NCBI RefSeq assembly: GCF_006345805.1
Contig: NW_021832707.1
Span: 1-29,731, forward strand
Direction of reading: 5' to 3'
DNA length: 29,731 nt
Source: Octopus sinensis
Taxonomy: Eukaryota
Within the stretch, counting starts at the first letter, position 1. Every line of letters begins with the position of its first letter. This document shows positions 21,752-29,731 of the stretch, in pieces. The notes beneath the pieces were generated by a model, which saw only the letters and a program-made list of their open reading frames with translations, did not search any database and was not told where the DNA came from. The translations under genes and the position numbers were made by a program.

Positions 21752-22503
21752 GTACATATATAAATACTTATTTATATCATATTACATATATATACAGAAA
21801 GAGGTAGGTATATATGTAAGAACGTATGTGTGCAGGCATACATACATAAACACATACATAATATAGTAATCGGTCACACATAAATATACCCAGAGATACG
21901 TAAATACATATATAAATACCTAGGCTTAAGATTACATTTGTTTCTTGATAGCAGAGGTCATCAATGATAAAAGTGTTGCAGACGAGACGGTTTTTTTGTT
22001 TTCTATGCATTGTGATTATCAACATACGTGGTTTTCGCAACCATGAACACGAATCGAAGATCGAATCGAAGTTTCAAAAAAAAAAGATTGAAATTAATAT
22101 AACGACAAAAGGAGAGAAAAAAAGTACGCCTTCCTTATGTGTTCAAAATTGACAGAAAATACCGGACTGAGGCGCAGTTTAATATATTAAAATCGGCTTA
22201 AAGTCGTATCGAAAAAGGATTAAAACTTTTTCAAATTACTTTAAGGTATATTTTCGTTGAAAGGCTTCCGGCAAATAACTCTCGACAAAGATATATTAAA
22301 ATATTGAATTCCGAAGCTATTATTCAAATATAAGACGATATTTAATTGGAATATATTTTCTGCGTAACATTGCTTACATTATTTACAACCTAAATACCAT
22401 GTTATCATATTATATTATATGAATTTATCGACTGCTCTCTTAAAATACGTCTTCAACGTATGTTTAACAACAACTATATTTACAGACATGCATACACACA
22501 CCG

Positions 22504-22573
<70 letters not shown>

Positions 22574-22815
22574 GTGAAACAAAAGAAGCGCCGTCGTCTT
22601 CAAAAATGTATCGTTTCGCATTTATATAACGCTGAATATTGCTTCTGTTTTCCTTTTTTGTGTTTTTTTCTTTCAAGAATAGCTATCAATAATGTAATAC
22701 TTGTGTAATGTAATATATACATAATAGGTTATGAATTATATACACGTTTGCGTATGTCTGTGTTTCATAAAAATGTATACATGCATACATACACCACAGT
22801 ATGTATGTATGTATG

Positions 22816-22846
<31 letters not shown>

Positions 22847-22859
22847 ATATATATATATA

Positions 22860-22899
<40 letters not shown>

Positions 22900-22963
22900 C
22901 TATATATGTATGTATACAACTGTGCGAGTGCGTACGTGAGTGTACGGATATATTTCGAAAGGT

Positions 22964-23006
<43 letters not shown>

Positions 23007-23233
23007 CAGACAGACAGACAGACATGCATAGAAAATTTTATGTCTATAAAGCCACGCATGTAATATATGTATTTCAAATATACGTATAGATACGTTTATA
23101 AAAATAGTTTATTTATATACATCTATGCCTCTGCGCATGCGTAGGAGCATTCAAGTATGTCATGATATACGTATATATGACTATATATATATATGTGTGT
23201 GTATGTGTGTGTGTCTATGCAAATACATACGTG

Positions 23234-23286
<53 letters not shown>

Positions 23287-23398
23287 GTTACATACATATA
23301 TATATGTATAGACATATATATTATATATATATACATATACATAGATATTATTATATATATTATATATATTATACATATATATATACACATATATATAT

Positions 23399-23474
<76 letters not shown>

Positions 23475-23520
23475 AACACATGTGTGTATAATTTATATAT
23501 TTTTATATACTTATTTCAGT
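22504..23520. repeat. Cluster of (TA)n, (TATG)n, (GA)n and (CAGA)n microsatellites with short unique spacers
   Basis: Directly visible. Confidence 0.88.
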
Positions 23521-23894
23521 AGATGCACATGTACACACATTCATATCTGTCTCTAAAACATTTATTTATATACAATTTCCATAAAGCAATCACCGTTTAA
23601 CGTTTAACATAAATATTGATTTTGGATCAGGTTGGAATAATCGCTATAGTTTGCTAATGGCCTAACGACAACCTATTCTGATGCGCTAAAACTGCAGACA
23701 ATAGTGCCGCGTGTAGATAATGGACGGATGTATACAAACACGACAACTATATAATGCTCAAAAATAGGTCCACATCACAAATATGACGCATGTGGGAATA
23801 TACTGTGAAAAGCAGAATGGAAACTTAGGCGTTCGTTTCAGCAACCATTGGAGGTTGCAACCTGTTTCTATTTAATTTTTATATACTTATGTAC

Positions 23895-24000
23895 ATATAC
23901 GTATGTTTGTGTTTGTGTCTGTGTCTTCTGTGTTTTTTTTGTGTGTGTGTGTGTTTGTGTACGCGCGTGTGCATCTATCTATCTATCTATATATTATATA

Positions 24001-24040
<40 letters not shown>

Positions 24041-24353
24041 CATATATATGTATGCGTGGGTGTCTGTGTGCGTGGGTGTCTATGTGCGTGGGTGTAAGTG
24101 CATATGTGGGTATATACATCTACATATGCAGACACACACATATATCTATGTGTAGGAATATATATATATATAAAAAGGTAAGTTTCCAAATTAGGAAATT
24201 AGGTTGGTAGGGAAACATATGTGGGTGCAGAAATGGAAAGACATGGCAGACAGCAGAATAAAACTAGAAATATGAATCTCTATTCTCCTTATTATTAATT
24301 GTGTGTGTGTGTTTATAAATATACATACATGCGTACATATATATATGCCTGTG

Positions 24354-24384
<31 letters not shown>

Positions 24385-24397
24385 TGTGTGTGTGTGT
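23895..24397. repeat. (TG)n/(TA)n microsatellite cluster
   Basis: Directly visible. Confidence 0.85.
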
Positions 24398-24496
24398 AGT
24401 CAAATCAAATAAACGAACAATAAAATTGACGATAACAAACTGGAGGGAGTGCATAAGGAATGTATTAGCTTGACTCTCGGTAAAAAAGAGAGTTTT

Positions 24497-25001
24497 GTAT
24501 GTATGTATCTATGCATGTGTGTGTATGTGTGTATGTTTATGTATGTGTGTATGTATGTGCGTATATGTATGTATGTGTGTATGTATGTGTGTGTATGTAT
24601 GTGTGTATGTGTGTGTGCATGTGTGTATGTATGTATGTGTGTATATGTGTATGTATGTGTGTATGTATATATGTGTGCATGTATGTATATGAGTGTATGT
24701 ATGTATGCATGTATGAACGTATGTATGTGTGCATGTGTGTGTACGTATGTATGTGTGTATTATGTGTGTATGTGTGTGTATGTATGTGTATGTATGTGTG
24801 TATGTATGTATGAATGTATGAATGTGTGTATGTTGTTGTGCATGTGTGTATGTATGTATGTATGTATGTGTGTATGTGTGTATGTATATATGTGTGCTTG
24901 TATGTATATGAGTGTATGTATGCATGTATGAATGTATTATGTATGTAAGTATGTATGTATGTATGTATGTATGTATGTTTGTATCTATGTATGTATGTAT
25001 G
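24497..25001. repeat. Degenerate (TGTA)n/(TG)n array with an internal duplicated block
   Basis: 'gtatgtatatatgtgtgc(a/t)tgtatgtatatgagtgtatgtatg' occurs at ~24661 and ~24880. Confidence 0.93.
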
Positions 25002-25935
25002 TTGCATTATTGTTTTTGGAGAGGGACACTCTGATATAAAACCCGCAGTTTCAAGTGGCATCTGGTCATCTCGTTTTGGCCTGTCACTGGGTCCCAATCA
25101 CGGACCTTCAGAGGACGGTGTCTCTGCTGCACAAACGCTTCTTACAGTAATCAAGACATACAGATCTCTCTTTATGGTGACCTCATTTTTTCGTCCCACT
25201 AAATGAAAGTCGTATAGCGATAGAAATGTGGCGACTTCCGCTGGTCTAACAGGTCGGAACCGTGCAGTAAGCTACAACTTCCGTTTGTCACCTATGCTTC
25301 AAGCACCATTAAGATCTGCAGCAGGACTGAAGAAGGAGCTGAGAGCTCATGGGCGGAAATCTAAAAATGTCACTGACAACGAAAAAGCATAAGAAGACGG
25401 CAATCAACTGTGAAATTGAAGCAATCACCATACATATATACATTCGCATGCGGTTTTAGACGCATTCAAAAATTTCCCGCTTCAGAATTTATCATCTTCA
25501 AGGTGCTGGTTAATAAAGTAAATATAACACAGATACATGGCATCAACGAGAATTATGCAGGAATTTCTGTGAACATATTCAAGTAAAGATATAACCAACA
25601 TATACATTCGCTATTGTATAGATCTAGAAACTATCAGACATCATATCGTTGTACACTTACAAATACAAGATCTTTGAATGTGTGTTGCGCACGTGCGTGT
25701 GTGTGAGTGTGTTTAGGTGTGCGTGCTTGTGTGAGTAAGAGTAAGCGCGAATGAACTCTACTGCCTGAAACAACTAGAAAGAAATTTAATAAGAGATAAT
25801 TTAACATTATGGCTGCGAGACACCTTTCGAAGCAAAAAACGAAAATCACAGTAAGTTACCTGCCAGTAATAGCAGCACCTGGTATATGCTAATTGTTTTA
25901 CTTGAACACTTTGAATAATCAATTATTCATACATA

Positions 25936-26328
25936 CAGGTGTGGCTGTGTGGTAAGTAGCTTGCTTACCAACCACATGGTTCCGGGTTCAGTTCCACTGC
26001 GTGGCACCTTGGGAAAGTGTCTTCTACTATACCCTCGGCCGACCAATGCGTTGTGAGTGGATTTGTAGACGGAAACTGAAGGAAACTCGTCGTATATATT
26101 ATATATGTATGTATGTATATGTTTGTCTATCTGTGTTCGTCCCCCACCATCGCTTCACAAACGATGCTGGTGTGTTTACGCCCCCGTAACGTAGCGGTTC
26201 GGCAAAAGACACCGATGGAATAAGTACTGGGCTTACAAAGAATAACCCCTGGGGTCGATTTGCTCGACAAAAAGGCAGTGCTCCAGCATGGCCGCAGACA
26301 AATGACTGAAACAAAAGAATAAAAGAAT
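25936..26328 (+). mobile_element. SINE family A, near full length
   Basis: Collinear with 6223-6625, including the A/B boxes and the CCAGCATGGCC tail. Confidence 0.93.
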
Positions 26329-26912
<584 letters not shown>

Positions 26913-27099
26913 GACTGGTCATGTTACATCGTGTCCCTATTAACCGAAATATCGGCTCAAAGAAGCGTAAACGAAGTTCCCCATGTGTGCTGTAATGGCC
27001 CCATTCTCACTCCCATATATCATTATTATCCTTCTCGACCTGATTCTATTATTCATAAACGGATCCCTATAAAATGACGTATTAAATATGTAAAAGCCA

Positions 27100-27224
27100 G
27101 GTATATACGTGTGTGTGTGTGAATGCATATATATGTATGTTTATGTGTTGAGCTGAGTCTATACATTTATACACACACATACGCAAGCAAACACACACAT
27201 GTATGCACACACACACACACACAC

Positions 27225-27258
<34 letters not shown>

Positions 27259-27512
27259 TATATATATATATATAGATAGATTAAGGTGCGTACAGAAAAA
27301 TAAATATTATACTTATAGGAACGTATTTTTATGTATATATATATATATATATATATATAAATATATATGCATACGTACATACATATATAGACATATATGT
27401 GTGTGTGTGTGTGTATGTATATGTGTGTGTGTGTGCATGTATATGCATATATATATATATAGACATAAATCATTCATAAAACATTATGTATGTGTTTGTG
27501 TGTGTATATATA

Positions 27513-27557
<45 letters not shown>

Positions 27558-27622
27558 ATATATATATGTCTATGGATATATGTATCTATATATATATATG
27601 TATTTATATATATACATATATA

Positions 27623-27653
<31 letters not shown>

Positions 27654-27722
27654 ATGTGTGTATATATGTATGTGACTGTGTGTGTGTGTATGTTTGTCTA
27701 TGTCTGTGTGTGGTGTGTGTGT
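27100..27722. repeat. (CA)n/(TA)n/(TG)n microsatellite field
   Basis: Directly visible. Confidence 0.92.
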
Positions 27723-28255
27723 AAATTTGTGGCTGCACTAGTTGACGCATAATAATTCTGCCATTGAACATTACGTTTGAATCTACAAAACATGTCAGAT
27801 AATAGAAAGAGCGACTGCGCGACAGACGGTTAAAATGTCATACTCATACACACACAATACCGAGATACACACACATACACGCACACACACAGACAATCAC
27901 ACGCAGACGCACGCTCGCAGAAACGCATAACAATATGAAGGTATATTCATAAATTTCTTTCACAAAGACACTATAAATACGAAAACAAACAATCGTTTTA
28001 AAATACACCTGCACGTAAAAGCAGTCACTTGGTGTATAAGCAAATGTGTAAATATATGTATGTATGATGTATATATATATATGTATATATATGTATATAT
28101 ATATAATATAATATATATATATTATATTATATATATATATATATATATACGTAAACAAAGTCAAATGCGATACAATAAAATTAATTATTATCGCTGGTGT
28201 TTCTAGCACAGGCCATATATTATTCATATATATATATATGTATCTATTTACAAGT

Positions 28256-28541
28256 GTGAAGGCGCGTGGCTTAGTGGTTAGGGCATTCGGCTCAGGATCG
28301 TAAGGTCGCGAGTTCAATTCCCGGCGACGCGTTGTGTCCTGGAGCAAGACACTTTATTTCACGTTGCTCCAGTCCACTCAGCTGGTAAAAATGAGTGGTA
28401 CGTGTATTTCAAAGGGGCCAGCCTTGTCACACTCTGTATCACGCTGAATCTCCCTGAGAACTACGTTAAGGGTACACATGTCTGTGGCGTGCTCAGCCAC
28501 TTGCTCGCTGTTCCGTTGATCATATCAGCTGGTACCTTCGT
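28256..28541 (+). mobile_element. tRNA-headed SINE, family C (own head and CORE-like body, family B tail)
   Basis: A-box TGGCTTAGTGG and B-box GAGTTCAATTCCC, then body 'gttgtgtcctggagcaagacacttt...ccagtccactcagctg'. 28408-28541 is the reverse complement of ~7820-7972 with a short deletion. Confidence 0.88.
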
Positions 28542-29301
28542 TTCTAAATAGGTAAAAGTTCCGTAGCCGTAGATCCGTGCAGAGTAGAATGCTCCATTTC
28601 CTATGTTTTATTATAATAAAAATGATAAAATATTGTTCGGTTATGTAATTCACACTACTTCGCAACAACGACCTGGCAACCAGTCATCCGTTGACAATAA
28701 CAAGGAAGGTGATGACCTCTAAACCTCACACTTCAATATTCAGCTGTATAATTGCTGCAATATGCAACTTTGGTTATAAATACAGTCATGAAGTCATAAC
28801 TCACCGGCGTTATATCATATCTCGGTATAAAGGTTTAGAGCAAACCACATCCTAAATAGGCATGTGCGAAAGACCGTTTAACAGTCGTTGACAACTAGCA
28901 AGAAGTATAATACTTTCAAAATTTCATTGTCTATTTCAGTATAGAGCAACAAATATGTTTAGGAAAGAACTGTCTGTAATCTTTGCATTGCGGAAAATTT
29001 CCATATTTTAGCAGAAACAACAAACATTCTAGACAGGAAATCCGATTTAATAACTAAATGCTGACTTGAAAATAAAATTTTAATTTTCAGTTTTAACAAA
29101 ACTCTCGTATTTTCTATTTTCGACAGATATAGTTGGTTGCATGGCCGGAAGTTTAACCAACATTTAAAATCAGATAAAACAAACATCAGGCCAACAACAG
29201 GTCGTCCAATTCCTAGTTTGTAATCCAAATTTCCCAGAGGTGTCACCACTAACCACAACTATTTCATGACTTTTTCCGTGCTCGAAACTCTGAAAACACT
29301 G

Positions 29302-29580
29302 TGAGAGAGAGAGTGTGTGTGTATGCGTTTATGGGGGGTTGTGTATGTATTTGTGTGTGTTTGTGTGTGTTTATTAGTGTATGTGTGTGTTTGTGTGAGT
29401 GCGTGTTTGTGTGTGCGTCTGTTTGTATGAGTGTGTGTGTGCGTCTGTGTGTGTATATGAGTGTATGTGCGTGTGTGTATGTGTATGTGTGTATAAGTGT
29501 GTGTAGTGTGTACGTGCGCGTGTGCATGTGTGTATGAGTGTGTGTGTGTGTGTGTGTGTATTTGCGTGCGTATACACATA
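29302..29580. repeat. Degenerate (TG)n microsatellite
   Basis: Directly visible. Confidence 0.92.
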
Positions 29581-29596
29581 AAGATATCTTTTATCG

Positions 29597-29660
29597 TTTA
29601 CTTGTTTCAATCGTTAGAATGCGGCCATGCTGGGGCAAAGTCTTGAAGAATTTAGTCGAG
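29597..29660 (-). mobile_element. 3' tail fragment of a family A-related SINE
   Basis: 'tacttgtttcaatcgttagaatgcggccatgctggggca' corresponds to the reverse complement of the family A tail. Confidence 0.65.
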
Positions 29661-29731
29661 ATAGCAGTGGTAGTGCATTTATAGATCATTTTATTTAGGC
29701 AGAATGATATTACTATGGAATTTACAAAGAA

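Overview
AT-rich eukaryotic DNA saturated with microsatellites, with no intact host protein-coding gene. Almost all ORFs in the track are translations of simple repeats. The repeat families are most consistent with an octopus (coleoid cephalopod) genome; this is an inference. Real coding remnants are all dead retrotransposons: a 5'-truncated R4/Dong-clade element (RT + CCHC + restriction-like endonuclease) inside (TAA)n, three 5'-truncated copies of an L1/Tx1-type LINE that all abut (GATA)n, and the 3' end of a CR1-group LINE. At least five tRNA-headed SINE types are present, and they swap heads and tails. The most notable observation is a tRNA-Ile-like SINE (3 copies, two forming a head-to-head inverted pair) that carries an internal (TAA)n tract and a Penelope-type minimal hammerhead ribozyme motif in its tail. 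Together these suggest a microsatellite-centred retroelement ecosystem. A CpG-rich unique island at about 18.4-20.2 kb may be a promoter or first exon. All alignments were done by eye and boundaries are approximate.
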